Positions 9,001-19,344 of a DNA stretch of 64,000 nucleotides are shown here, one piece after another. The stretch's first letter is position 1. The number at the start of each line of letters is the position of its first letter. Made by a program: the position numbers and the translations under genes. Below the pieces are notes generated by a model. It was given only the letters and a program-made list of their open reading frames with translations. It did no database searches and was not told where the DNA came from. This DNA is from Candidatus Cloacimonadales bacterium. GTDB lineage: Bacteria; Cloacimonadota; Cloacimonadia; Cloacimonadales; JAFGVF01. Where the stretch lies: assembly GCA_963663475.2 (NCBI GenBank), contig CAXXJV010000002.1:160001-224000 (forward strand), read 5' to 3'.

Positions 9001-10723
9001 AGGCTTTGATCTTCTTTACCTGATAGATTACCCTTATGATTTTAATGAGCTGGTAAGTGTCTTTATCAAGTGTTCAGACTTAGAAGAACCAGCTAATTTT
9101 TACGAAAACAGCTATACCTTTAGAGTAACCCCTGACCTAGAAGCTCCTTACTTAGTTAACTTATTGCCTGAGGCTAATGCAAGTGGTGTTGCCGTTGATA
9201 GCGGTGTTTATTTCGAAATCCATGATAATGGTATAGGTATTGATATTGCAAGTCTTGTAATGAAGGTTAATAATGAAAATGTAGTTCCTGAAACTAGTCA
9301 AATTCCTGAAACTATGTTTTATGAGGTTTTTTATAGTGGCCAAGATTTTGAATATGGTCAAGAAGTAAGAGTGCTTGTATCTGTGGATGATTTAGCTACT
9401 AATCCTAATAGCTTAACTAATTTTAACTATAGTTTTACAGTAGTTGATGATGACCAAAGTCCACCAATTTTTACAGGACTAACCCCTGCTGAAGATAGTA
9501 GTGATAACCCTGTGAATACTTCTATATCAATGTCAATAATTGATACAGAATCTGATGTTGATCAGAATTCAATAATATTTAAAATTAATAACACTAGTAT
9601 TGAAGACTATCAGCTTACTCCTCTACAAACAGAAGAAGGGTTTGGTTATAAATTAAACTATCAACCTCAAATCCCTTTTGCATATGGAGAAATAGTCAGG
9701 ATTCAAATATATGCTATGGATACTTCGAGTAATAACAATGCTTCAAATAAATCATATTCTTTTACTTGCCAAGAAGATAATCAAGCTCCTTATCTAGAAA
9801 TATCAACTCCAGCCGATGGCGGTCAAGGTTATGCTAATTCTATTCTATACCTTTCCCTAAAAGATGATCTATCTGGTATTGATGATGATAGCTTCTCCCT
9901 GATCATTAATGGAGATTTTATTACTGCCTATCAAGATTCCTTACATGATAACCGCTTAGAAGTCTGGTATTCAACCCAATCTTTCTTTGCTAATGAAAGT
10001 GTAGCTGTGGACTTTTCTGTATCTGATAATGTAGGTAATACTTTCGAAGATTCTTATAGCTTTGATATTATTCCAGATATTTACCCACCTTATTTTGTTA
10101 TGGAGAAACCAGAAGATAATTCAGATCTTGCTATTTATGATTATTTAGAAATAGCAATCTTGGATAAGGGCGTTGGCATAGAAGAAGAATCTATTTCTTT
10201 TATGTTAAATGGGAGAATTATTGAAAATTATCATTTAGATAGAGATACTTATAATAGTAATCCAGATTCCCTAGGATTCATCCTCAAATATCAGATTGAT
10301 GATACTTATTATCCTGGTCAGAATCTTGCTATCCAGATTTCAGCAAATGATAAAAATCAACCACAAGCTCTTCAAAATATGCAAGAATATAATATTTTTG
10401 TTGAGAGGGCTTTAGCTCAAGATAAGGTGGAAGTTATACCTAATATAATTTCACTCAATTTTGATGGTATTAACGATTATAGCAGGATTATTATTCCTAG
10501 TAGAGCTAAAGTTTCGTGTAAGATATTTACTAGGGCAGGAAAGGAAATACGAGACCTAGCCACAAGTGTCTATCAAGTACAAGGTGATTCTGATAAGCAA
10601 TATCAAGTTGCTATTTGGGATGGTAAAAATTCAGATAATAAAGCTGTCAATGCAGGTATTTATATCTGCCAAGTTAAGTATGGAAGTAAGGTCCATAGAA
10701 ACACTATAACGGTGGCGAAGTAG
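6059..10723 (+). CDS. Giant secreted adhesin-like protein: 7 FG-GAP repeats, 9 Ig-like repeats, type-B T9SS/CHU_C-like C-terminal domain
   Basis: ATG 6059 with AGGAG RBS and signal peptide; seven 'GDxNGDGxxD'-type blades; nine about 110-aa 'DxxAPy...P...V..D..I.F...D' repeats; C-terminal 'VIPNIISLNFDGINDY...WDGKN...NAGIYI'. Confidence 0.85.
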   Translation: MKLFIAKNKTILVLAYLLMFATFLAGNKQFDLNSWQGNYNVKGKNAFDQFGYQIMSGDFNGDGIDDIIASSPSADPLGRNSAGEVYIFWGNEQSEQSVNIDLSSATADVTIIGAASGDKLGYSIATGSFNGDSYRDFAISAPYSNNGQTLQTGSVYLFYGGTNLAGTIDLSIDTAQHHFLGQTTNDYLGQELIFTDLNNDNKDELVISAPEGDKAELNNCGLVYLIWSHESYGQTVNLSQASNISFLAGLSINDNLGRSLASANINNDLFQDLLLGAPGVDEESLINNGSVYLLKGRTFFPYGEISLVNDNFIETEIKGGFHSSNLGRTMAAGDINGDGFGDISLSDFSQNSASNLVYIVYGSNSLASSMSLNDESANIKISHQGISDNLFATNLFIGNVNQTSPEDLIISSPQAFSNNGNESGLVHVLYGRNQFETSYDLALDSYDEIYHGQVANANLGSALALADFNNDLKTDIFLGSINAGNTKGSLYGVYGGIPWAWNLLPTDGASNVDIDQAIAFSLSDDQQIDLNSLNVNIAGTAYDINSNNLSYSGSGNFYRITIVPEAYFGYNQIINVSIQASDNEGWQIPTSNYRFFTREDTDPPFTNQWLPAPDQQGVPIDTNIEFNVYDLGEGVNLSSIIVNIDGTNYYSGSPYFSHLGQVNNFRIIVNPPDNFSFGQEVFVTIDCQDLAPLPNSMSTFSYSFICGQDNSAPSIIVIEPSYGEEVARTNILSVEVADSESNLNQNSLIFRLDNENILPFSDIQTLSNGNLKVTYNPLENQLLTYGQREIYFYVEDASTNANSIDTTSVFTVIADNQAPYTANHFPEKFSVDNPTNSQFKIDVFDLLSGIDLTTLSIKINDVEISLSETTSISALNNGYRVIYNPPERLVGEVSVEVQVSDLENPANTMPLESYTFTTSLDEDAPYISDLYPEEGAVNIPIDANLSFKLYDDKTGVDRSSIQVLINDNDVSQDLNIATISGGFDLLYLIDYPYDFNELVSVFIKCSDLEEPANFYENSYTFRVTPDLEAPYLVNLLPEANASGVAVDSGVYFEIHDNGIGIDIASLVMKVNNENVVPETSQIPETMFYEVFYSGQDFEYGQEVRVLVSVDDLATNPNSLTNFNYSFTVVDDDQSPPIFTGLTPAEDSSDNPVNTSISMSIIDTESDVDQNSIIFKINNTSIEDYQLTPLQTEEGFGYKLNYQPQIPFAYGEIVRIQIYAMDTSSNNNASNKSYSFTCQEDNQAPYLEISTPADGGQGYANSILYLSLKDDLSGIDDDSFSLIINGDFITAYQDSLHDNRLEVWYSTQSFFANESVAVDFSVSDNVGNTFEDSYSFDIIPDIYPPYFVMEKPEDNSDLAIYDYLEIAILDKGVGIEEESISFMLNGRIIENYHLDRDTYNSNPDSLGFILKYQIDDTYYPGQNLAIQISANDKNQPQALQNMQEYNIFVERALAQDKVEVIPNIISLNFDGINDYSRIIIPSRAKVSCKIFTRAGKEIRDLATSVYQVQGDSDKQYQVAIWDGKNSDNKAVNAGIYICQVKYGSKVHRNTITVAK

Positions 10724-10731
10724 GAGGCAAC

Positions 10732-12210
10732 ATGAGAAAAATCAATTTTAACCAATTAATATTACTTGCTTTCCTCTTACCTGTCATTACACTTAACTCC
10801 TTTGATTTTCAACAAGGAGGAATTAGGAACTACAGTCTTGGAGGAACAGGTATTGCTTCTTCTGAAGACTTATCTGCTTCTGTTTATAACCCTGCTTTAT
10901 TAGCAAATAGACAGCTTGAATTCCTAACTGACTCAAGAATCTATCTCTATGATTTAGAAAATGATGATTTGACTTATAACTTTTTCTCTTTTGCCTTTCC
11001 TTTAGCTTCTCTGGGAACTACTGCCTTTTCTGGAGATGTATTCTCTGCAAACCTCTATCAGGAAGTTAGGGCTGGTTTCCACTGGGGATCTTCCTTCTTT
11101 AACTCCCTTATGGAAGTTGGATTTGGCTTGAATTATTATAATATTTCTTATGAATCAAACGAGTTTACTCTTAATGATCCACTTTTTATTAATAATGAAA
11201 ACTCTAGTTCAGCTCTAGATTTAGATTTAGGAGCTGGATTTAATCTTAATGAAAGACTCAAACTTGCTCTTGTAGCTAAAAATATTCTGGCTAGTGATTT
11301 AGCCCTTGATTCTGAAAATGAAGAGAAATTAAATAGAGACTTGGGTATTGGAGTAAATTATAATATCTCTCCAAAAATTACCCTCATGATGGATGCTAAA
11401 TTAACCCAGAACTCTACTTTAGAAGAAAATGAATACTTTTATGCTTTAGCTAGTGAGTATCGCTTGCTAGATGGCTTTACTATTAGAACAGGACTCAATA
11501 ATAATGAAATAACTTCAGGATTTGGCTTTAAACTTATTGAAAAAAATTATGTTAAGTCTTATCGCAATCCTTTCAATTCTAAGAGGATGATAGAGAGTAG
11601 GTCTTTACGCTTATCTCTTGATTATGCCTTCTCTTACCCTCTTTTCACAGACTTAGAAATTCCTTATGGAAATCACTTCTTAGGACTCAGTTTTCAGCTT
11701 GGTTCATCAAATTCTTGGGAAGATGATCTAAAAAACCATGTTCAACCTAAAATTGAGACTTCAATATTAGAAGTACCTGTAAGAGCTAACTTAGAATCTG
11801 CTAAACCTCAAGTTCTTATTGATACTATTTATGTTGAGAAGTTAGTGAGAGATACTGTATTCGTAATTGATACTTTAGAAGTTATGGTAGGGGTTAGTCA
11901 AGATGATTATGTTAAGAAGCTTCAAGAGTTGGATGTGGCTAAATCAAGAATAGAAACCTATAAGACTAATAATCAAGCCTTAATACACTTGATGAATGCT
12001 ACTAACCTTTTCTACAATAGCCAATTAGAATCTGCTGCTCAAGAATGTATTCAAGCTATTAAACTGGCTCCAGATATGGCCTTAGCATATATAAAATTAG
12101 GGTCTATCTATTATCGGCAAGGGAAACAAGATCTAGCTATTAAAAATTGGAGAAAAGCTAAGGAATTAGATCCTAATAATCCTGAGATAAAAGCAATTTT
12201 CAAAGAGTAA
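10732..12210 (+). CDS. PorV/PorP-SprF-like outer-membrane beta-barrel with C-terminal TPR
   Basis: Signal peptide; 'GIRNYSLGGTGIASSEDLSASVYNPALLA' (PorV/FadL-like N-terminal motif); amphipathic strands ending 'NHFLGLSFQLG'; TPR 'AYIKLGSIYYRQGKQDLAIKNWRKAKELDPNN'; 8 nt after the adhesin. Confidence 0.75.
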   Translation: MRKINFNQLILLAFLLPVITLNSFDFQQGGIRNYSLGGTGIASSEDLSASVYNPALLANRQLEFLTDSRIYLYDLENDDLTYNFFSFAFPLASLGTTAFSGDVFSANLYQEVRAGFHWGSSFFNSLMEVGFGLNYYNISYESNEFTLNDPLFINNENSSSALDLDLGAGFNLNERLKLALVAKNILASDLALDSENEEKLNRDLGIGVNYNISPKITLMMDAKLTQNSTLEENEYFYALASEYRLLDGFTIRTGLNNNEITSGFGFKLIEKNYVKSYRNPFNSKRMIESRSLRLSLDYAFSYPLFTDLEIPYGNHFLGLSFQLGSSNSWEDDLKNHVQPKIETSILEVPVRANLESAKPQVLIDTIYVEKLVRDTVFVIDTLEVMVGVSQDDYVKKLQELDVAKSRIETYKTNNQALIHLMNATNLFYNSQLESAAQECIQAIKLAPDMALAYIKLGSIYYRQGKQDLAIKNWRKAKELDPNNPEIKAIFKE

Positions 12211-12306
12211 CGTAATTGTGAAAAAAAAGAAAAATATATACAAGATAGCTCATCTGTAAAATATAGTGTAAATTAATAACTAATCAAGCAGGGATAAAAT
12301 AAAATA

Positions 12307-15300
12307 ATGAAAAAGATATTACTCATATTAGCTCTAGTAATAAATCTGTTAATAATATCGAAAGTCTTCGGTAGTGAAGTCGATTTAACATACACCGAAG
12401 AACAATACTTACAAGAACTGGGACCAATAAAAATAGCAGTAGATCCAGATTGGTACCCCTATGAGTTTGTCGATGAACATGATAACTATGCTGGTATTAT
12501 TCCAGAGATATTGATTTTATTAGAAAACAGATTAAATATCAGGTTCGAAAGAATCCCTACTAAAGATTGGTCAGAAACAATTGCCTTATCCCAAAAAGGA
12601 CAAGTAAGCTTAATCCCTGCCTTAAACCAAACAGAATATCGAGAAGAATGGCTATATTTTACTGATCCAATAATGATAGAACCTAATGTAATTATCACTA
12701 AAAAAGATGCAAGTTCCATCAATAATTTAGCAAAGATTAAAAACAAAACTCTTGTAACTATACCCAATACTATGATTGATGAATGGGCAAGAAAAGATTT
12801 TACTAACCTTAACTTAATCTATCGCGGTACAGAATATGAATGCTTACAAGCCGTTGAATCAGGTCAAGCTGATCTAACAGTTCTTAACCTTCTCTTAACA
12901 CCCTATAGATTAAAAAGACAAGGTTTCCTAGACTTAAAAATAAACAATGAAATCCCAGGATATGCTAACCATATTAGAATGGGAGTTGTAAAATCTGAGC
13001 CCCTCTTAGTTGAAATACTTAATAAGGGGATTAGGTCAATTGCTTTCTATGAAAAAGAAGCAATTATCCAGAAATTTATTCAAAGTAATATGGAAGAACC
13101 TCTCAATTATCCTGTTATATTTACTATTAGTTTCGTAGCTATTCTCATTGCTTTAATTTTGTTTCTTTGGAATAGAAAACTAAGAAAACTAAACTTGCAA
13201 ATTAAAGCAGGAGAAGAAAAACAACGAGCAATTATTCAAGCAATACCTGATGGTTTAGCTATTTCTGATTTGCAAGGTATGATAACCTATGTTTCTAAAG
13301 AAGCATTAAAGATGTGGGGCTTTTCTTCAAAAAATGATGCTGTTGGTAAAAACATTTTGAACTTTATTCATCCCAGCTATCATGATAAAGCTCTAGATAA
13401 TATTAAACAAATGTTGCAAGGTATTTCAACAGGCTTTACAGAATACAAGATGCTAAAAAAGAATAGGAAAAGATTCTATGCAGAAGCTAATGCAGAGGTT
13501 ATAAAGGATAATAATGAAAAATCAAATGCTATTCTTTTTGTAATAAGAGATATTACTGAGAAAAAACAAACAGAACTTAAACTTAAAAAAGCTATTACCC
13601 GTTATGAATCAATAATAAATCATTCACGAACAATAAATTGGGAAATTGATAATAATGGACTATATACCTATGTAAGTAGTAATGTTAAGCATGTTCTCGG
13701 CTATGATAAAAAAGAAATTGTCAGGAAAATGCATTTTTATGATCTTTTCCCTGCAAATATGCCTGAAGATTTTAAAGAAAAAGTCTTAAATATAATGCGA
13801 GAAAAGAAGTCTATTTTGGATCTTGAAAACCCTGTTGTTCATAAAGAAGGAAGATTGATATGGTTACTTACTTCAGGCTTACCTAAGTTAAATGAACAAG
13901 GTAAAACAATTGGTTACCAAGGCTCAGGAACCGATATCTCTTTACGTAAGAATGCTGAAGAGAGACTTAAAGCTCAGAGTAAGTATCAAAAGACTATTGC
14001 AGAAGTCTCATCCCAGTTTATAGATGTTAACTTGGATAATTACCAAGATAAGTTTATGATGATGCTATCTAAACTAGGAAATGAACTAAATGCTAGTCAT
14101 ACCTTCATTCTAGAATTATCAGAAGATAAAAAGATCCTCAGAAACACCTATGAATGGACTGCTAAAGGAGTAATACCAAGTAAGAAAAAACTAGATCAAG
14201 TTAAATTGTCTGACTTCCCAGGAATAGCAGAAGTTATTGAAAAGCAAGAAAGAATTCTGGTTAAAGATATTGATGAACTTACTTCAGATAATCCTTTTAA
14301 AGACTTCTTAAAGTTTATTGGAGTAAAATCAGGAATATGTTTGCCTATTATCAGAAGTAATAAATTCTTTGGTTATTTTGGTTTTGATTCAGTTTATCTG
14401 CCCCTTAACATAGTTGAAGAAGATCTTGAACTTCTCCAAATTGCAGTTAATGTTATTGGAGATATTTATATTAGAAACAATATTGAACTAGAAAAAGCTA
14501 AAATACAAGATTCTCTGAGGGAAGCTAGTATCCAGGCCCAACAGGCTAATAAAGCTAAATCCGAATTCTTGGCTAATATGAGTCATGAAATTAGAACCCC
14601 TCTTAATGGTGTTATTGGTTTTACAGAGTTATTGTTAAATACAGACCTTGATCCAGTCCAAGAACAATATGCCTACCATACAAATGTCTCAGGACAAGCT
14701 CTACTAGGTATCATTAATGATATTCTAGATTTCTCAAAGATTGAAGCAGGCAAACTAGATCTGGATATCCATGAAGTACATATCCATGATCTGCTAAATC
14801 AAGTGGTAGATATTCTTCAATATCAAGCAGATAAAAAGAAGATTGAACTCCTAATTGATATTGATCCTAAACTTCCAGATTTAATAAAAGCAGACTCAAT
14901 AAGGCTCAAACAAATTTTGATTAATCTTTTAAGTAATGCTATTAAATTCACAGAAAAAGGGCAAGTCAAAATGAAAGTTGATTTTGAGCAAGCTGATAAC
15001 TTCAAGGGGGCTTGTACTTTTTCTATTGCTGATACTGGGATTGGAATTCCTCAAAATCAATTGAAGAAGCTCTTTCTTGCCTTCTCCCAAGCTGATGGTT
15101 CAATCACTAGAAAATATGGAGGGACTGGTTTAGGATTAACTATTTCTAACTTATTAGTCCAAAAAATGGGTGGGGAAATACAGGTTGATTCTCAAGAAGG
15201 TAAGGGCTCTAACTTCTATTTCACTATTATAACTGATTATTATCGACAAGATAGAAAGGATATCGAACACGATTATTCCCATAAAAAGATCTTGATAGTA

Positions 15301-16122
15301 GATGATAACGACCATAATCGCCAGATTATTGAAAAGAATCTTAATCATTGGGGAATTAATTATCTTAGTGCTAACTCAGGCCAAGAAGCCTTGGATATTC
15401 TTGCTAAGGATAATGAGATAGATTTAGCTATTTTTGATTTAATTATGCCAGGAAAGGATGGAATAGAAAGTATTAGGGAGCTAAGACAAAGATTTGATAA
15501 CTATAAAAATCTACCAATAATCCTCCTTCATAGCTCTGTAGAGGATAAAAAAATCAATCAAGAAGCACAAAACTTGAATATTGCTCACAAAATGGTAAAA
15601 CCACTTAAAGCAAAAGAGTTGAAAGAACTTATCTTCTCAATATTTGAAGATAATTCTCGTAACATAATTAAGCTCTCTGCTAAATCTTATGAACCAACCA
15701 CTTATACTCTTGATAAGGGTAAACAGAAGGTCCTTATAGCTGAAGATGTGGAGTTAAATTTAGTCTTAATTAAAACTATCATTAAAAAGGCTATTCCACT
15801 GGTAGAGACAGTTACTGTAGTCAATGGTCAGGAAGCAGTAGATGTCTTTAAAAAGAACAAGTTTGATTTAGTTTTAATGGATGTTCAAATGCCTGTTATG
15901 GATGGACTACAAGCTACTAAAATTATCAGAACTTTAGAAAAAACAAGAGATCATAAAACACCTATATTAGCTTTAACAGCTGGGGCAACTAAAGAAGAAA
16001 CTAGAAAATGCCTTGAAGCTGGTATGGATGAAATAGTTACAAAACCTATTGACCAAGAAAAACTAAGATCTATTTTAGATAAACTACTTAAACCCAATAA
16101 TGCAGTAGATCTTTGTGAATAG
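12307..16122 (+). CDS. Hybrid sensor histidine kinase (periplasmic SBP, 2 PAS, GAF, HisKA, HATPase, 2 REC)
   Basis: 'DPDWYPYEF' SBP domain; TM; H-box '[15 protein letters not shown]'; '[10 protein letters not shown]', 'DTGIGI', 'GGTGLGL'; REC 'DLIMP' and '[10 protein letters not shown]'. Confidence 0.95.
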   Translation: MKKILLILALVINLLIISKVFGSEVDLTYTEEQYLQELGPIKIAVDPDWYPYEFVDEHDNYAGIIPEILILLENRLNIRFERIPTKDWSETIALSQKGQVSLIPALNQTEYREEWLYFTDPIMIEPNVIITKKDASSINNLAKIKNKTLVTIPNTMIDEWARKDFTNLNLIYRGTEYECLQAVESGQADLTVLNLLLTPYRLKRQGFLDLKINNEIPGYANHIRMGVVKSEPLLVEILNKGIRSIAFYEKEAIIQKFIQSNMEEPLNYPVIFTISFVAILIALILFLWNRKLRKLNLQIKAGEEKQRAIIQAIPDGLAISDLQGMITYVSKEALKMWGFSSKNDAVGKNILNFIHPSYHDKALDNIKQMLQGISTGFTEYKMLKKNRKRFYAEANAEVIKDNNEKSNAILFVIRDITEKKQTELKLKKAITRYESIINHSRTINWEIDNNGLYTYVSSNVKHVLGYDKKEIVRKMHFYDLFPANMPEDFKEKVLNIMREKKSILDLENPVVHKEGRLIWLLTSGLPKLNEQGKTIGYQGSGTDISLRKNAEERLKAQSKYQKTIAEVSSQFIDVNLDNYQDKFMMMLSKLGNELNASHTFILELSEDKKILRNTYEWTAKGVIPSKKKLDQVKLSDFPGIAEVIEKQERILVKDIDELTSDNPFKDFLKFIGVKSGICLPIIRSNKFFGYFGFDSVYLPLNIVEEDLELLQIAVNVIGDIYIRNNIELEKAKIQDSLREASIQAQQANKAKSEFLANMSHEIRTPLNGVIGFTELLLNTDLDPVQEQYAYHTNVSGQALLGIINDILDFSKIEAGKLDLDIHEVHIHDLLNQVVDILQYQADKKKIELLIDIDPKLPDLIKADSIRLKQILINLLSNAIKFTEKGQVKMKVDFEQADNFKGACTFSIADTGIGIPQNQLKKLFLAFSQADGSITRKYGGTGLGLTISNLLVQKMGGEIQVDSQEGKGSNFYFTIITDYYRQDRKDIEHDYSHKKILIVDDNDHNRQIIEKNLNHWGINYLSANSGQEALDILAKDNEIDLAIFDLIMPGKDGIESIRELRQRFDNYKNLPIILLHSSVEDKKINQEAQNLNIAHKMVKPLKAKELKELIFSIFEDNSRNIIKLSAKSYEPTTYTLDKGKQKVLIAEDVELNLVLIKTIIKKAIPLVETVTVVNGQEAVDVFKKNKFDLVLMDVQMPVMDGLQATKIIRTLEKTRDHKTPILALTAGATKEETRKCLEAGMDEIVTKPIDQEKLRSILDKLLKPNNAVDLCE

Positions 16123-16135
16123 CACTATCTGGGTT
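16091..16135 (+). repeat. Short REP/MITE-like element with inverted ends, overlapping the kinase stop codon
   Basis: AACCCAATAATGCAGTAGATCTTTGTGAATAGCACTATCTGGGTT; related sequences at 58153-58190 (+), 25429-25449 (-), 47214-47238 (+). Confidence 0.75.
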
Positions 16136-16157
16136 AGAAGAAAACAAGGAAATAATA

Positions 16158-16805
16158 ATGGATAATATTAAAATTAGATTAGAAGAAAAAAATGATTACC
16201 GAGAAGTTGAAATTCTTACAAAACAAGCATTTTGGAATATTCATGTTCCTGGCTGTGATGAACACTATTTAGTCCATGTTTTAAGAGACTGTCCAGCTTT
16301 TATCCCTCAACTTGATTTAGTAATGGAGCTTAATGGTAAAATAATTGGCCATATCATCTACACAAAAGCAAAAATTGTTAATGAAGGACAAGAAAAAGAG
16401 GTTCTTACTTTTGGACCTGTTAGTATTCATCCTGATTATCAAGGTTTAGGCTATGGTAGTAAGCTTATTAATCATTCTCTCCAAAAAGCTAAAGAACTTG
16501 GCTTTAAGATTGTAGTTATTTATGGTGATCCTGATTATTATAGAAGATTCGCTTTTCTTAGTGGTGAAGACTATGATATTTATTCAAGTGATGGTTACTA
16601 TAATCCAGCCTTACAAGTACTAGAATTAGAAGAATCTGCTCTAGATAATATTTCAGGTAGTTTTCATGAAGATAAGACTTTTGCAATTGACGAAGAGGCT
16701 GCCAAAGCTTTTGATAAGGACTTTCCTTTTATGGAGAAAAAGAATACTCCCTCACAGGTTAAGTTTATGAATATTATTAGCAAAAGGAAGAAAAGACTTA
16801 AGTAA
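16158..16805 (+). CDS. GNAT family N-acetyltransferase (YhbS-like)
   Basis: 'GPVSIHPDYQGLGYGSKLI' acetyl-CoA motif A; 'GDPDYYRRF'. Confidence 0.9.
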   Translation: MDNIKIRLEEKNDYREVEILTKQAFWNIHVPGCDEHYLVHVLRDCPAFIPQLDLVMELNGKIIGHIIYTKAKIVNEGQEKEVLTFGPVSIHPDYQGLGYGSKLINHSLQKAKELGFKIVVIYGDPDYYRRFAFLSGEDYDIYSSDGYYNPALQVLELEESALDNISGSFHEDKTFAIDEEAAKAFDKDFPFMEKKNTPSQVKFMNIISKRKKRLK

Positions 16806-16899
16806 GAGGAATCTCTTTTTTACAGCTTATGCGAAAAAACTTGCCATAAACAAGTAGCCAACTATTATTGTAAAAAGAATAAATTTAAGGATAAATCAG

Positions 16900-17505
16900 A
16901 TGCAAAGTAAATTACATCCCTTACTTCAATCTTTAGCTTTACTTGTGGTTCCTTGCCTAGTTTTGCTAATTATAAACTATATTTTCTCTGTTACAGGCAG
17001 AGTAGAAAATTCTGCTTATCTTACTGCAAGCTTAAAGATGAGTATTTTCGTTATACCTAATGCTTTTTATATTATCTTATATAAGTATAAGTTGGGTTAT
17101 TTAGGTTTTCTTGTTGCTCTGTTAGCAACTTTCTCAGCTGTAAATAGTCTTGCAACAAATCAATTAGCTCTCTTTTCAACTTTTTCTTTATATTTAATAA
17201 ACTTTATATATTTCCTATTTTTAATGGGGATTATTTATATAGCATACTTTGTAGTAAATGGCTTTAAATTAAAGAATATTATCTTTATTATAGGTGGGGT
17301 TATAGTTCATACATTTTCATTTATAGGGCTTTTCTCCATCAATAAAATACCTCTTGAAAGAGTAATAATCAGGGATATAATATTCCGTGGATTTAACTTA
17401 TATCTAATGGTAGGATTAGCTATAGCTATTGGACTACTCTTTTTTGAGCTTCCTAAGCAGGTTGATTCTTACCCTAGTGATATAGAAGAAGATGATGATT
17501 TATAG
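16900..17505 (+). CDS. Hypothetical multi-pass membrane protein
   Basis: About 6 hydrophobic segments, acidic tail; AAGGA RBS; first gene of trmB cluster. Confidence 0.75.
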   Translation: MQSKLHPLLQSLALLVVPCLVLLIINYIFSVTGRVENSAYLTASLKMSIFVIPNAFYIILYKYKLGYLGFLVALLATFSAVNSLATNQLALFSTFSLYLINFIYFLFLMGIIYIAYFVVNGFKLKNIIFIIGGVIVHTFSFIGLFSINKIPLERVIIRDIIFRGFNLYLMVGLAIAIGLLFFELPKQVDSYPSDIEEDDDL

Positions 17506-17528
17506 AAAAAAAAGACAAGGGATAGAGT

Positions 17529-18173
17529 GTGGGTAGAAGAAAAATAAGAAAGCCTGCTGATTATGAGCAGAGAAAAGATAAATTTGTTATTGAAGTTGAA
17601 GAAGGGAAAGTTTTGGATTTTAATCAAATCTTTAACAATAATAAGCCAGTTCATATAGAAATTGGATCGGGTAAAGGGGAGTTTATCTCTCAAAAAAGTC
17701 GTGAAATGCTTGATGTTAACTTTATCGGAATAGAACTTAACCCTCATAGGATTACCTCTATACTAAAGAAATTAGATTTAGAGGAAGACCATAATGTGAA
17801 ACTTTTAAATCATTATGTAGATAAAGAAATAAGTCAGGTTATTCCAAAATATTCTATACCTGTGATTTATATTCAGCATCCTGATCCTTGGCCTAAAAGA
17901 AGACATCACAAGTATCGTTTAATTAATCAAGATTTTATTGATGCTTTAAATCTTATGTTAGAGTTAGGAGGTAGGGTAGAGATAGCTACTGACCATCCTG
18001 AATATTCACAATGGATAATTGAGCATTTTGATCAAAGGAAAGATTTTGTTTCTCTTTTTGAAAAGGGTTATACCTATGAGAAACAAGCAGGACATATTGA
18101 AACATATTTTGAAGAAATTAAAAGAGCTGAAGGCTTTGAACCAATATTTATGTTTTATCAAAAAGTAAAGTAA
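17529..18173 (+). CDS. trmB: tRNA (guanine-N7)-methyltransferase
   Basis: 'EIGSGKG', 'HPDPWPKRRHHKYRL', 'ATDHPEY'. Confidence 0.95.
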   Translation: MGRRKIRKPADYEQRKDKFVIEVEEGKVLDFNQIFNNNKPVHIEIGSGKGEFISQKSREMLDVNFIGIELNPHRITSILKKLDLEEDHNVKLLNHYVDKEISQVIPKYSIPVIYIQHPDPWPKRRHHKYRLINQDFIDALNLMLELGGRVEIATDHPEYSQWIIEHFDQRKDFVSLFEKGYTYEKQAGHIETYFEEIKRAEGFEPIFMFYQKVK

Positions 18174-18185
18174 GTGGGAGCTATT

Positions 18186-19331
18186 ATGCAGAAAAATGAG
18201 ATATTTAAAAAGATTGTTGAATCTACTTATGAAAACCTTTCACCTTTTGCCTTTAAAGATAAGGATGCCTACCGTCTAAAAGCTGAGCCAAAGGAACATA
18301 TTCGGACTAACTTTGCCTTAGATAGAGATAGAATCTTGTATAGTGGTGCTTATAGAAGGTATCATGGCAAGACTCAAGTTTTTTCTTTTACTAACTTGAT
18401 AGATGAGGAAATGACAAACAGGAATCTTCATACAACCTATGTTTCTCAGATTTCAAGAACAATAGGTAAAGCTCTCAAACTTAATCTTGAGTTAATAGAA
18501 GCTATTGCTTTAGGTCATGATTTAGGTCATTGTCCTTTTGGCCATGATGGAGAAAAAGCTCTCTCAAGAGTCTGTCGAGCTCATGGAATTGCTTCTTTTC
18601 ACCATAATATTGAATCATTGCAGATTGTTGACCATATATCTAAGAAGGGTAGAGGAATGAATTTAACATTCCAAGTAAGGGATGGGATAATTTCCCATGA
18701 TGGGGAAGTTCATAATACAGTTTTAAAACCTCAAAGAGATAAATGTGAAGCTGATATAAAAAATTATATTAGCATGAAGAGTCAGGATAAGAAGGTAAAT
18801 TGGATGCCTGCCACTATGGAGGGTTGTGTTGTAAGAATTTCAGACACCATTGCCTATATTGGGCAAGACATAGAAGATGCAGTTAGGTTTAAGATTTTAA
18901 AAAGTCAGCAACTTCCTAAGGATTGTACTGATTTTTTAGGTAAGACTAATTCTCAGATTATTGATACTTTAGTTAAGAGTGTAATTGTTAATAGTTATGA
19001 ACATGAACATATTGCTTTTGATGAAGAAACTTCTCATTACCTCTTGAAGTTAAAAAAATTCAATTATCAATACATCTATACTGATGAGAACGTAAAACAT
19101 GCTAATGAAATAATTAATAGATCAATGGATATTTTATTTGAAAAGTATTTAACTGATTTAATACACAATAAGACTAATTCAAAGATTTTCTTACAATTCT
19201 TAAATCATAAGAATGATGAATATAGAGATAATTTCTCTAATGCTGAAAAAGTTAGAGATTTTATAGCTACAATGACTGACAGATATTATAATGAAGAGAT
19301 AAAAGACTATCTTTTACCATGGAAACTATAA
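18186..19331 (+). CDS. dgt: dGTP triphosphohydrolase-like HD protein
   Basis: 'DRDRILYSGAYRRYHGKTQVF', 'GHDLGHCPFGHDGE', 'DFIATMTDRY'; ATG 18186 with GGGAG RBS. Confidence 0.9.
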   Translation: MQKNEIFKKIVESTYENLSPFAFKDKDAYRLKAEPKEHIRTNFALDRDRILYSGAYRRYHGKTQVFSFTNLIDEEMTNRNLHTTYVSQISRTIGKALKLNLELIEAIALGHDLGHCPFGHDGEKALSRVCRAHGIASFHHNIESLQIVDHISKKGRGMNLTFQVRDGIISHDGEVHNTVLKPQRDKCEADIKNYISMKSQDKKVNWMPATMEGCVVRISDTIAYIGQDIEDAVRFKILKSQQLPKDCTDFLGKTNSQIIDTLVKSVIVNSYEHEHIAFDEETSHYLLKLKKFNYQYIYTDENVKHANEIINRSMDILFEKYLTDLIHNKTNSKIFLQFLNHKNDEYRDNFSNAEKVRDFIATMTDRYYNEEIKDYLLPWKL

Positions 19332-19344
19332 AGGAGAAGTATAT

